From a virus (Duplodnaviria > Caudoviricetes): DNA of 43,995 bases. Positions 7,848 through 15,648 of this stretch are shown one piece after another; the stretch's first letter is position 1; each line of letters starts with the position of its first letter. The stretch spans positions 1-43,995 of IMG/VR virus record IMGVR_UViG_3300030100_000511. The stretch is one strand, 5' to 3'. A program made the translations under genes and the position numbers. A model generated the notes under the pieces. That model did not search any database and was not told the origin of the DNA. It was given only the letters and a program-made list of their open reading frames with translations.

Positions 7848-8140
7848 GCCTCAATCTCCCCGTGTTCTTCAGTGAAAACCTGCTCGTCGCCGTCGATGCG
7901 AAGCAGGTGGCGCTCATGCACTGATCCCATGTTGGTTTCACGACGCGACCCGTCTTCAAAGCTCGCCATCATCGGAGAGCTGAGAATCACCAGCCACATG
8001 CCAGGCCCGCCAGTGGTCGTGTGCCCGTTTGGCATGCGATTTCCATTAGCCCTCGGAACTCGATCAACCACGTGAACCGGCATTCCTGAATACAAGCCCT
8101 TTGTGATAATTGCCTCGCAGTTCGGAACAATCTGCTTCAT
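7844..8140 (-). CDS. Hypothetical protein (paralogue of 7507..7767)
   Basis: MKQIVPNCEAII...HERHLLRIDGDE. Confidence 0.65.
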   Translation of the reverse strand: MKQIVPNCEAIITKGLYSGMPVHVVDRVPRANGNRMPNGHTTTGGPGMWLVILSSPMMASFEDGSRRETNMGSVHERHLLRIDGDEQVFTEEHGEIEA

Positions 8141-8481
8141 GCCGCGCCCTCCGCGATTACGCTGTGCCCAAGCTCCATGTCGACGTCGTGCCAGCCGGCC
8201 AGCCAATAGGCGCGAGCTACGGGGCGCAGTCCGCCCGGAACGACCTTTGGGCATCCCTTCTGCCTTGCTGAACGCCCGCTGATGTAGGCGCCCAGGCCTC
8301 GATCCTCTGCCATGATTTTCGCCACCCTCTGAGTGCGCTGCGGATCAGTCAGCCCGAGCCTGAAAGCACGGGTCCGGACGGCTTGCACCGAGCGACCGAG
8401 CCGTTTGCCAATGACACTGGCGGGGGTCTCGCCTTCGTAGAGCTCGGTCAGGATGGCGTCTTGTTCTGCGGTCCACTTCAT
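8137..8481 (-). CDS. Myb/SANT-like HTH protein with C-terminal RMF-like motif
   Basis: MKWTAEQDAILTELY...IGKRLGRSVQAVRTRAFRLGL, then AYISGRSARQKG...RAYWLAGW. Confidence 0.65.
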   Translation of the reverse strand: MKWTAEQDAILTELYEGETPASVIGKRLGRSVQAVRTRAFRLGLTDPQRTQRVAKIMAEDRGLGAYISGRSARQKGCPKVVPGGLRPVARAYWLAGWHDVDMELGHSVIAEGAA

Positions 8482-9041
8482 GCGGCGGCCCTCCTGCGCA
8501 TGCTCATGATCAGGGAGCGGCGACGCTTGGCATTCTCCCTGGCCCAACGGCGGTAGTTAGGGCCCAGCACGCCGATCTGCTTGTGGACCCACGAATTGCT
8601 GACCTTGTAGCCGATGGCATTGAGGTAGGCAGTGCACTCGGAGCAGTTCATGCCCTTGAAGTCGATGCAGTCGCCCAGGATGTCGTGGATCTCGGCCACA
8701 AGGGCTGCGTCTTTCCGGCGAAAGGCCCCGACCCGCTCCGGGTTGCACAGCCCCATGTCGGCGGCCTTGCCCCGCACCGAAATGCGGGAGCGCCCCAGCT
8801 TGTCGGCTGCCTGTTGGTAGGTGGCACCGCTGGCAATGATCTGCTCGAGCCTGTCCAGCTCTTGGCGTGTCCAGGGTTGGCGGGGGCCGGCCTGGCGAGT
8901 CAGGCCCAAGTCCCACGCCTTGTGGTTGACAGAGCTCTTGGTCCGGCCAAGCTCCTCGGCGATGGCTCGGTGGGTAACGCCTTCGGCCAGGCGCTGGCGA
9001 AGGGTTGTCAACTCGGCCTCGGTCCAGATGCGTCCGCTCAT
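8478..9041 (-). CDS. Tandem Myb/SANT-like HTH protein
   Basis: Two repeats, WTEAELTTL...IAEELGRT..SV and WTRQELDRL...AADKLGRS..SV. Confidence 0.7.
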   Translation of the reverse strand: MSGRIWTEAELTTLRQRLAEGVTHRAIAEELGRTKSSVNHKAWDLGLTRQAGPRQPWTRQELDRLEQIIASGATYQQAADKLGRSRISVRGKAADMGLCNPERVGAFRRKDAALVAEIHDILGDCIDFKGMNCSECTAYLNAIGYKVSNSWVHKQIGVLGPNYRRWARENAKRRRSLIMSMRRRAAA

Positions 9042-9772
9042 GACCGCACCCCCGCCATATGCTTCTCGGCCTGCTCCAGCACTTCTTGGCGGCGCTTCTC
9101 GAAGCGTTCGACTTCCTCCTGGCGGCGCTGGCGTGCGGCCTCGTCGTTGTGGTTCAGCAGGTCGCGCAGATGGGCAATGACCTTGGCGCGCTTTTCCGGG
9201 TCGTATCCTGGCTCGTCTTCCGGGCGAGTCGGCGCGGGCAGCAGGTGCTCCACCTTGGGCGACTCCAATCGGCCCTGCTTGATGGCCTCGTCAATGGCCT
9301 CCTTGCGCAGCTCCTTGCTGTCGCCAAGGGTGGGCCACCAGCGAGGCTTCTCGCCCTTGGCTTTGGATGCGGCGACCTCACGCTCGTAGGCGGAGATGAA
9401 CGCCATCCGGGCACCCACCTTGTCGCCAAGCTCCAGCACCGGACTGGCGGCGCCCATGGCCTTGGCGATCTCGTCGGTCCAGACCACGGTGGCGTTCTCG
9501 TCTTGCGATTCCAGCGCTTTGGCCCACGCCTCGTTGGGCGTCAGGTGGTCATCGCTGCTCGCCATGCGCTCGAGGATCGCGGCCAGGGTCAAGCGGCCAG
9601 ACAGCTCGGAGCGGCACCGGGCCAGAGCCTGCTCGACTTCACCGCGCTCCCGGTCTTTCAGGTCGCGGATCATCAGCGACGCGGCGGCGGGCTTGATTTC
9701 GCTGCCCAGCACTTCGGCGGTGGCGTAGAGCTGTTCCAGAAGCTGCTCGGCGTCCTGTCGTGTCAGCGGCAT
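9038..9772 (-). CDS. Replication accessory protein (P-position, putative helicase loader/inhibitor)
   Basis: Directly downstream of the initiator; helical protein. Function is positional inference. Confidence 0.45.
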   Translation of the reverse strand: MPLTRQDAEQLLEQLYATAEVLGSEIKPAAASLMIRDLKDRERGEVEQALARCRSELSGRLTLAAILERMASSDDHLTPNEAWAKALESQDENATVVWTDEIAKAMGAASPVLELGDKVGARMAFISAYEREVAASKAKGEKPRWWPTLGDSKELRKEAIDEAIKQGRLESPKVEHLLPAPTRPEDEPGYDPEKRAKVIAHLRDLLNHNDEAARQRRQEEVERFEKRRQEVLEQAEKHMAGVRS

Positions 9773-9774
9773 GG

Positions 9775-10707
9775 TTATTCCCCCCAGTTGCCCAGCAGGC
9801 GCTTGGCCTCGTCGGCAGCGCTGGCGTTGGCTTGCGTGCCGTCCATCTGGCGGGCACGAGTGGCGGTCATCTGGTTTCCGGTCTGCATCTGCATCGCGAT
9901 GTTTTCGCAGTCAGCCAGCAGCAGGCCGACGGGGTGGCCCTTGGTGACGTAGTACTGCGAGTTGATGCTCAGGAAATACGCGGCGACGCCGGGGGCCAGG
10001 TCAGCACCCACCCGGTCAACCAGTTGGCCAAGCTGCCCGGCAACTTTGGCGTTCCAAATCGGCCAGACGCCGTAGCGGCGGCGGTAGGTCACGGCGTAGT
10101 TCGCCCAGGGCTTGAAGGTCTTGGCGGCCTGATCCTTCGGCCCAGGCATGTCGGCAGGGATTGCGACACGGGGTTCGTCAGCAGACTGATCACGCTCCAC
10201 CAGATCGCCGGTTGAGACGGGCGGCGTAGCCCCCGGCTCCAACACTGGTTCATTGGACGGTTCAGTGGATGGTTCAAAGGACGGTTCGGGTGACACTGTG
10301 TCACCCCGTTCCTGCACAGGTGTCACCCCGTTTGTGTCAGGCTGACACCCCGTTGCTGCGCCAGTGTCACCCCGTTTCTTACGGGATGACGTCTTGTCAC
10401 CCCGCTTGCGGGGAAGATCGGTCATCACGATGTCGTAAACCACTGGACGCTGATCGGCGCGCTCAATGTGAGCAGCGGCGATGGCCTGATTGCCCATGCG
10501 AATCACGCCCAGGGACAGAAGGTCATTGATCTTGCGGGTGACAGTGCGACCAGACAGGCCGGTGTACTTGGCCAGAGTGGCGTTGGACGGGAAGGCGTGA
10601 CGCCCGCAGTTATCTGCGTGATTAGCCAGCCCCACCAGAACGAAGCGGGCGCCGGCATCAGTGACGATCTCTTGGTTCATGGCCCAAGTCATTGCTTCTA
10701 CGCTCAT
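9775..10707 (-). CDS. Replication initiator (O-like, N-terminal HTH_36)
   Basis: MSVEAMTWAM...LVGLANHAD...FPSNATLAKYTGLSGRTV; contains an internal iteron array. Confidence 0.85.
   Translation of the reverse strand: MSVEAMTWAMNQEIVTDAGARFVLVGLANHADNCGRHAFPSNATLAKYTGLSGRTVTRKINDLLSLGVIRMGNQAIAAAHIERADQRPVVYDIVMTDLPRKRGDKTSSRKKRGDTGAATGCQPDTNGVTPVQERGDTVSPEPSFEPSTEPSNEPVLEPGATPPVSTGDLVERDQSADEPRVAIPADMPGPKDQAAKTFKPWANYAVTYRRRYGVWPIWNAKVAGQLGQLVDRVGADLAPGVAAYFLSINSQYYVTKGHPVGLLLADCENIAMQMQTGNQMTATRARQMDGTQANASAADEAKRLLGNWGE
10299..10406. repeat. Iteron array / replication origin
   Basis: TG(T/A)CACCCCG(T/C)T at 10299, 10321, 10343, 10365 (exact 22-bp period) and 10395, inside the initiator gene as in lambda O. 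Confidence 0.8.
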
Positions 10708-11399
10708 GCGGCACCTGCGATCTTGTACTGAGCCCACAGGCCGGCAATCCAGTTGACGCCCTTGGGTGTGAATTTGGCCTGGCTGTAGGAGTGTCCACCG
10801 TCATCGGTGACGCCGGTCTTGACGACGAAGCGGTCAGCATCAATGTGCTGCTGGTACGGCATCCACTCGCCGCCCAAGCGGTACATGACACGGCTGTCTT
10901 GCAGGAAGGCGCGGAACTCGCGCTCGTTGGCTTGGAGCAGCTTGGCGACCTGGCGGAAACCCTTGTTGCCGGAGTCGGCGGAGACATAGCGCTCGACGAA
11001 CTCTACGGCAGGCTTGGCGTGCTCAAGGGCGGCCTCGGCGCGCAGCTTGCTCTCAACCTCATCGGCCCAGGCACGGGCGGCTTCGACAGGGTTGGTGAAG
11101 TCGGGCAGGGCAGGCTTGGCCACCTGCTGCTCGAGTTGCTGCCACCGGTCTACAACAGCGGCGGTGAACTCCGGGGAGAGGCGAGCAACCAGCACCAGGG
11201 AGTCACGCTTGTTGAACCGGTACTCCTGATAGGTATTGCCACGGTGCTCGTAGTCGAACGTCGCCAGTGGCGAGGTTAAAATCTGATCAGCGGCCAGGCG
11301 CTCGGCTGACTTCCGGACGGCGTCGTGGCGACTTCCGGTCAGCTCCGCGATCTCGCGGCTCGACATGGTGGGCTTGCTGGTTTCGATGATGTCGTTCAT
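10704..11399 (-). CDS. Rha-family / KilAC (ANT) antirepressor
   Basis: N-terminal TMSSREIAELTG..H; LPDFTNPVEAARAWA; C-terminal KilAC-like ...KFTPKG. Confidence 0.88.
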   Translation of the reverse strand: MNDIIETSKPTMSSREIAELTGSRHDAVRKSAERLAADQILTSPLATFDYEHRGNTYQEYRFNKRDSLVLVARLSPEFTAAVVDRWQQLEQQVAKPALPDFTNPVEAARAWADEVESKLRAEAALEHAKPAVEFVERYVSADSGNKGFRQVAKLLQANEREFRAFLQDSRVMYRLGGEWMPYQQHIDADRFVVKTGVTDDGGHSYSQAKFTPKGVNWIAGLWAQYKIAGAA

Positions 11400-11465
11400 A
11401 CTTTGATCACCTTTGAGTAGTGAAGCGCCCGGTCCTTGCTCCCCAGCACGCCGGGCGTTTTGCGT

Positions 11466-11912
11466 TTAGGCCTTGGCCAGTCTCGGCTCGGCCATTTCCT
11501 TCAACTCGCTGCGCAGCGCGCACAGCTTCTCGATGGCTACGTCGACAGCACGGTCGATGGCCCACGCCTCATTGGCGTCAACCTTCCCGTCTGCCAGCGC
11601 GGCCTGAACCTCTTGGGCAACGTTGCCCACTGCCACCTGCTGGTGGATGATCCGGTCGCACAGGGATGCGTCGTCGTCCGGCTTGTCGGCAGGAACCGCC
11701 ATCAGCTCCATGTCAGCCAGGATCTCGCTCAGGCAACGGGCATCTTTGGTCAGTACGGCGATCTTGATGAAGTCGTCGAGGGTCAGGCGGACGGGATAGT
11801 CCGGATCGACTTTCTTGCGCAGGCGGGAGTCGTCCATCTTCAGGCCACGGGCCACAGTGGCGAACCCGCGATCCTTGACCACCTGCCTCATGCCTTCTGT
11901 ATATAAATCCAT
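11466..11912 (-). CDS. CII-like regulatory protein (CP76-type)
   Basis: Follows cro; LRKKVDPD...LTLDD...ALADGKVDANE pattern. Confidence 0.7.
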   Translation of the reverse strand: MDLYTEGMRQVVKDRGFATVARGLKMDDSRLRKKVDPDYPVRLTLDDFIKIAVLTKDARCLSEILADMELMAVPADKPDDDASLCDRIIHQQVAVGNVAQEVQAALADGKVDANEAWAIDRAVDVAIEKLCALRSELKEMAEPRLAKA

Positions 11913-11976
11913 GTCCGGACTCCCTACTGGTGCTGCCTCTCACTGTTTCGGTGGAGGGGCTAATCTGTTGGTGTGG

Positions 11977-12165
11977 TTAGGCGGCTCGCTTGGAGCGGCT
12001 AACCCGGCGGTAAAGGCGCTCAATCTCTCGTCCGGTGCTGTAGCGGATGTCGACGCCTTGCGCAGCGCGCCAGATCGTCGGCTGGTTTGTCCCGCAGGCC
12101 TGGGCAATGGATGCCTGGCTGTGACCGGATTCGAGGAGAGCTTCCACCATGTCTTTAAGTTGCAT
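11977..12165 (-). CDS. cro: Cro-like repressor
   Basis: Start MQLKD with SD GGAG; HTH SQASIAQACGTNQPTIWR; divergent from cI. Confidence 0.85.
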   Translation of the reverse strand: MQLKDMVEALLESGHSQASIAQACGTNQPTIWRAAQGVDIRYSTGREIERLYRRVSRSKRAA

Positions 12166-12175
12166 CGTCAGCTCC

Positions 12176-12252
12176 AATACCCGAAATCATGATTCAATAA
12201 TACGCACAGGTATTGGTTCGCGCAATACAATTTTCAATTCGAATTCGTATTG
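12176..12252. promoter_or_regulatory. OR operator region with PR
   Basis: AATAC-N6-GTATT palindrome at 12199-12214, variants at 12236-12251 and 12176-12191. PR on the minus strand is TTGCGC(12225-12220)-17-TATTAT(12202-12197). Confidence 0.75.
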
Positions 12253-12265
12253 CGAGGAATCGCGC

Positions 12266-12934
12266 ATGGAGACCTTGGGCGAGAGGCTGAGGCGCAAGTT
12301 GAATGAGCTTGGCTGGTCCGAGGGCGAGCTTTCGCGTCGCTCCAAAGTGAAGCAGCCGACCATCCACCGGATCATGTCCGGTCAGAGCAAAGATCCCAGG
12401 CAGGGCAACATCGAGAAACTGGCCTTCGCACTCGGCGTCGATGCCACGTGGCTCAGAAACGGGAAGGGAGCTGAGGCAAGGGGGAGCAGCAATGTCGGTG
12501 CGCCGTCACCCGTTGGCGAGTCGTACCATTACCCTGTAGTGTCGTGGGTGGCGGCTGGTCACTGGAGCGAAGCTATCACACCGTACGATCCGGGCTGCGA
12601 GCAGTCCTTTGAAGAAACCGACTACAAGGCCAAGGGGCGCGCCTTCTGGCTGGAAGTGCAGGGGGATTCGATGACGGCACCGACTGGCGTCAGCATCCCC
12701 CAGGGCATGATGATCCTGGTTGACCCCGAGGTTGAGGCCAACAATGGGAGCCTGGTCGTCGCCCAGCTCGCTGGTGGCGACGAGGCGACCTTCAAGAAAC
12801 TTGTGATCGACGGCGGCATGCGTTACCTCAAGCCGCTGAACCCGTCCTACCCGGTCATCCCGATCAACGGGAATTGCGAGATCGTTGGAGTGGTGGTCGA
12901 GGCAAAGATGAAGCTCCGATTCACGACCCACTAA
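12266..12934 (+). CDS. cI: CI repressor (XRE HTH plus S24 autopeptidase)
   Basis: METLGERL... HTH; AAG cleavage site; GDSM catalytic Ser; TFKKL catalytic Lys. Confidence 0.95.
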   Translation: METLGERLRRKLNELGWSEGELSRRSKVKQPTIHRIMSGQSKDPRQGNIEKLAFALGVDATWLRNGKGAEARGSSNVGAPSPVGESYHYPVVSWVAAGHWSEAITPYDPGCEQSFEETDYKAKGRAFWLEVQGDSMTAPTGVSIPQGMMILVDPEVEANNGSLVVAQLAGGDEATFKKLVIDGGMRYLKPLNPSYPVIPINGNCEIVGVVVEAKMKLRFTTH

Positions 12935-12955
12935 GCGAACGCGCCGAACCACAAG

Positions 12956-12982
12956 AATCCGCCGTCCTGGCGGATTTTTTTT
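12956..12982 (+). terminator. cI terminator
   Basis: AATCCGCC-GTCCT-GGCGGATT followed by a T run. Confidence 0.85.
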
Positions 12983-13043
12983 GATCCATAATTCCTAAAC
13001 GTATCAATATCTTATCCCGTGAGGGGCAAAATCATGTGTTTTT

Positions 13044-13087
13044 CAATGCGCAAAATCATTGACGGAATCAATACGCCTGAGTATTGT
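13044..13087 (+). promoter_or_regulatory. OL operators with PL
   Basis: Perfect CAATAC-GCCTGA-GTATTG at 13069-13086, variant at 13044-13061. Promoter TTGACG(13059)-17-TATTGT(13082). Confidence 0.8.
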
Positions 13088-13339
13088 TTGAAGCGTGGAC
13101 AGGGCAGCAGCCCACCACCCGAGCTACCGGATGTAGCCGACCCGGAGACCCAGCGAAGTCGGAGCTGGCGAGGCGAGGCCCCAACAGAGGGCGAGCCGCG
13201 ACCCTATAAGGGTTATCCGAGAGCGCTTTGGCGATGGTGAGTGTTGATGGCGAGGCCAGGGGGTCTGGTGCAGCCAGCGGGCTGGTGAGAGGCCGGTCAC
13301 GTCAGAGCGCTCTACGGATGACAACGACAGGAGAGCACG

Positions 13340-13576
13340 ATGGATAACGAATGGATCAGCGTAGAGGAGCGTCTTCCGGAGCATGGCGAGTGGTATCTGG
13401 TGGCGGCTCCATCACCACTTGGAGATCGAGTCACGACGATGGCGTTTCTGGATGCTACCGAAGGCGGCGAGCCGCCGGTCTGGCTTGCCCACAACGACAC
13501 AGGTTCTGATGAGTGGGATGACATAACCCACTGGATGCCGCTCCCGGCACCGCCCCACACCGCGCCACGGGCGTGA
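13340..13576 (+). CDS. DUF551 family protein
   Basis: WISVEERLP...ITHWMPLPAPP. Confidence 0.9.
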   Translation: MDNEWISVEERLPEHGEWYLVAAPSPLGDRVTTMAFLDATEGGEPPVWLAHNDTGSDEWDDITHWMPLPAPPHTAPRA

Positions 13577-13629
13577 CAACGGAGCCTTCTCGCCGAGAGG
13601 GCTGATGGATGACAACCAGGAGAAAGGCA

Positions 13630-13824
13630 ATGACCTACCAGGCAAGAATCGAGGTCGCCGTCCATAAGCTTGAAGACGGCGACGCCGAAATAGTCAGTCG
13701 CATCGTTCCCGTCGACGAAGACAGGCCGCCAATCGAGAGCAGGCGCTTGTTATCTGAGGTCACCGCAGGTTGCGGAACAGGTACTCCTCAACGGCCTTGC
13801 CGTGTTCGGCTTCAAGCTCGCTGA
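13630..13824 (+). CDS. Hypothetical protein
   Basis: SD AGGAG/AAGG before MTYQARIEV; 3' end overlaps a convergent gene. Confidence 0.4.
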   Translation: MTYQARIEVAVHKLEDGDAEIVSRIVPVDEDRPPIESRRLLSEVTAGCGTGTPQRPCRVRLQAR

Positions 13825-13948
13825 TAGGGCATATCAGGGTGTTGCACTTCGAGCAGTAGACGTTCTGGTCTGCATCTTGCTCTTCGGGAAGCGTGAAGAC
13901 ATCGCTACCACAGGACTTGCACTTACCGTCGTGAGTAATGCGCGGCAT
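13760..13948 (-). CDS. Small zinc-ribbon protein, antisense to the PL operon
   Basis: MPRITHDGKCKSCGS...VYCSKCNT; SD GAGG. Confidence 0.65.
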   Translation of the reverse strand: MPRITHDGKCKSCGSDVFTLPEEQDADQNVYCSKCNTLICPISELEAEHGKAVEEYLFRNLR

Positions 13949-14277
13949 ATCCGCCTCTTTCGCTACGTTGCTGTGTGGAAGCTTCAGCGTAGCGCGAAGC
14001 GCGTCACCTGCGTAGTGGTGAGGCAGCCGGGGCTGACCGGCAACGCGATCCCATGCGTCAGTTGGGCCCAGCGCCCCGCCCCGGGCCAGAGTACGGGGCC
14101 ATCGGAGAGGGCTCGGTAAGGCGTGGAAAGAATCCATGGCACTTCGGCGGGGCTGCAAGTTGAAGCCTCTCAGCCACGGTCGAGCCCTCCCCGATGCGAT
14201 GACAGAGAGCTAGCAGCCTTCATGGTTAAGCCGGACCTTAGCCCCGGCCACCGCATCACCATCTGTTCCCTGCTATT

Positions 14278-14302
14278 GCCCGCCACCGTGCGGGCTTTTT
14301 TT
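14278..14302 (+). terminator. Rho-independent terminator (tL-like)
   Basis: GCCCGC-CACCGT-GCGGGC followed by T7. Confidence 0.8.
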
Positions 14303-14326
14303 GGGCCCATTCAAGGAGGGCAGCAC

Positions 14327-14494
14327 ATGAACCCAATCCGCGAGTTCGCCGTCTGGGCGGTCAGTATGCTGCCCCCTGACGCATCGAACGAGACTATCGC
14401 CATCACCGTGATGGGCTCGTTTTTCGCATTTTTCACAGCCCTGGGCGGCCTGGCTGGCCTGCTGGGGTGGATCTGCACGAGGGGTAGGGCATGA
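14327..14494 (+). CDS. Small membrane protein
   Basis: SD AAGGAGG; hydrophobic C-terminal helix. Confidence 0.55.
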   Translation: MNPIREFAVWAVSMLPPDASNETIAITVMGSFFAFFTALGGLAGLLGWICTRGRA

Positions 14495-14577
14495 CACCGG
14501 ATTCTTGCTGGGTCGCGGTGGCGGCCCTTCTCTACGCCCTGGCATTCATCGGCGCCGCTTGGTGCGGCAGGAGGTAG
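14491..14577 (+). CDS. 28-aa hydrophobic peptide
   Basis: MTPDSCWVAVAALLYALAFIGAAWCGRR; ATGA coupled. Confidence 0.45.
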   Translation: MTPDSCWVAVAALLYALAFIGAAWCGRR

Positions 14578-14579
14578 GT

Positions 14580-14831
14580 ATGTGCACGAGTGGATGGAGC
14601 AAACACTCGAGGGACATCGAGGCGCTGCGAGACGCTGGCCGAGAGCCGGGGGCGCACCCGATCGATGACGACATCAAGGCCATTCTGATGGCCGACCCGC
14701 TGTCGATGGATCGGTTGGTCATGGCCGCTGTCGAGGCGTTTTTGACCAACGGGTACCGGGGCGGGCCCGACGTCAACACGGCGATCGAGATCGCCCTGGA
14801 TCAGCACTACCGGAGGAGGGCGGCGGCATGA
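14580..14831 (+). CDS. Hypothetical protein
   Basis: SD GGAGG before MCTSGWSK; ATGA overlap downstream. Confidence 0.55.
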   Translation: MCTSGWSKHSRDIEALRDAGREPGAHPIDDDIKAILMADPLSMDRLVMAAVEAFLTNGYRGGPDVNTAIEIALDQHYRRRAAA

Positions 14832-15175
14832 GCTTCAACATCGATTTCGAGATGAAGGTCCGCGTCGAGTTCTCTGATGAGCCCAAGTCGAAAGCGTTTT
14901 TTATCGATGGCGACTGGAAGGAGTCGTTCTACGACCTCGTGGACCTCGAGGACTTGGCCAGCTCCATTGCTAGCGGATTTGTCCACGAGACTCCGACCTT
15001 CCAGCCCGAGCATCGAACATTCGGGTTTTTTCTCGAGGGATATGGCCTTTTCCTGCGAACCAGTTATGCCCCCGAGACATATGTGCTCACGGGGCAGTTT
15101 GCAGATGACTGCGGCGGGATCGCTATCAAGCTGATTGACGAGCTGGAGGCCGCATACGCGGAGGAAACGGCATGA
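14828..15175 (+). CDS. Acidic hypothetical protein
   Basis: SD GGAGG; coupled on both sides. Confidence 0.65.
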   Translation: MSFNIDFEMKVRVEFSDEPKSKAFFIDGDWKESFYDLVDLEDLASSIASGFVHETPTFQPEHRTFGFFLEGYGLFLRTSYAPETYVLTGQFADDCGGIAIKLIDELEAAYAEETA

Positions 15176-15423
15176 CGTTCATGACCACCGTTGCCGGTAT
15201 TCCGTGCCGGTGCCGGGTGACGTTCTACAGCCCCGGGGCACCGATGCGCACCACCGGCTGGGGATACGGCGATTGCGATCCCGACGAGCCGGAGGAATTC
15301 GAGTTCGACATCCTCGACCGCCGCGGTTATCCGGCGGCGTGGCTCGAGGCCAAGCTCACCGACGACGACAGCGAACGACTGCTCGAGGAGTACCGCAGAG
15401 AGCGGGGCGCCTGGGCGGCATGA
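15172..15423 (+). CDS. Conserved-looking phage hypothetical protein
   Basis: VAGIPC...EFEFDILDRRGYPAAWLE motif. Confidence 0.65.
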   Translation: MTFMTTVAGIPCRCRVTFYSPGAPMRTTGWGYGDCDPDEPEEFEFDILDRRGYPAAWLEAKLTDDDSERLLEEYRRERGAWAA

Positions 15424-15433
15424 GGAGGGAAGC

Positions 15434-15580
15434 ATGCGAGCACTGATTTTGATCACCGCCCTGGCCTTGGCCGGGTGCAGCAGCCAGCCGATCGACCGGG
15501 AATTCGGACATCGCCACGGCTACGACGCCATGCGGTCGATGATCCAGTCCACAGGGACGATCCATCACGGGGTTGACTGA
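15434..15580 (+). CDS. Small lipoprotein (48 aa)
   Basis: MRALILITALALAG-C lipobox; SD GAGGAGG; not in the ORF track. Confidence 0.65.
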   Translation: MRALILITALALAGCSSQPIDREFGHRHGYDAMRSMIQSTGTIHHGVD

Positions 15581-15648
15581 CGAGAAGCCCCAGCCGATGG
15601 CGGTCGGACTGGGGCGGATACCAACAGTATCGAGGAGAGGGTAGCGCA

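Noticed and set aside
10299-10406. CRISPR-like array
   Set aside because: 12-bp repeats with 10-bp spacers inside a replication gene are iterons, and there are no cas genes.
14874-14894. Hammerhead-like CTGATGA...GAAA
   Set aside because: Stem II does not pair, flanking stems are absent, and it lies in a coding frame (SDEPKSK).
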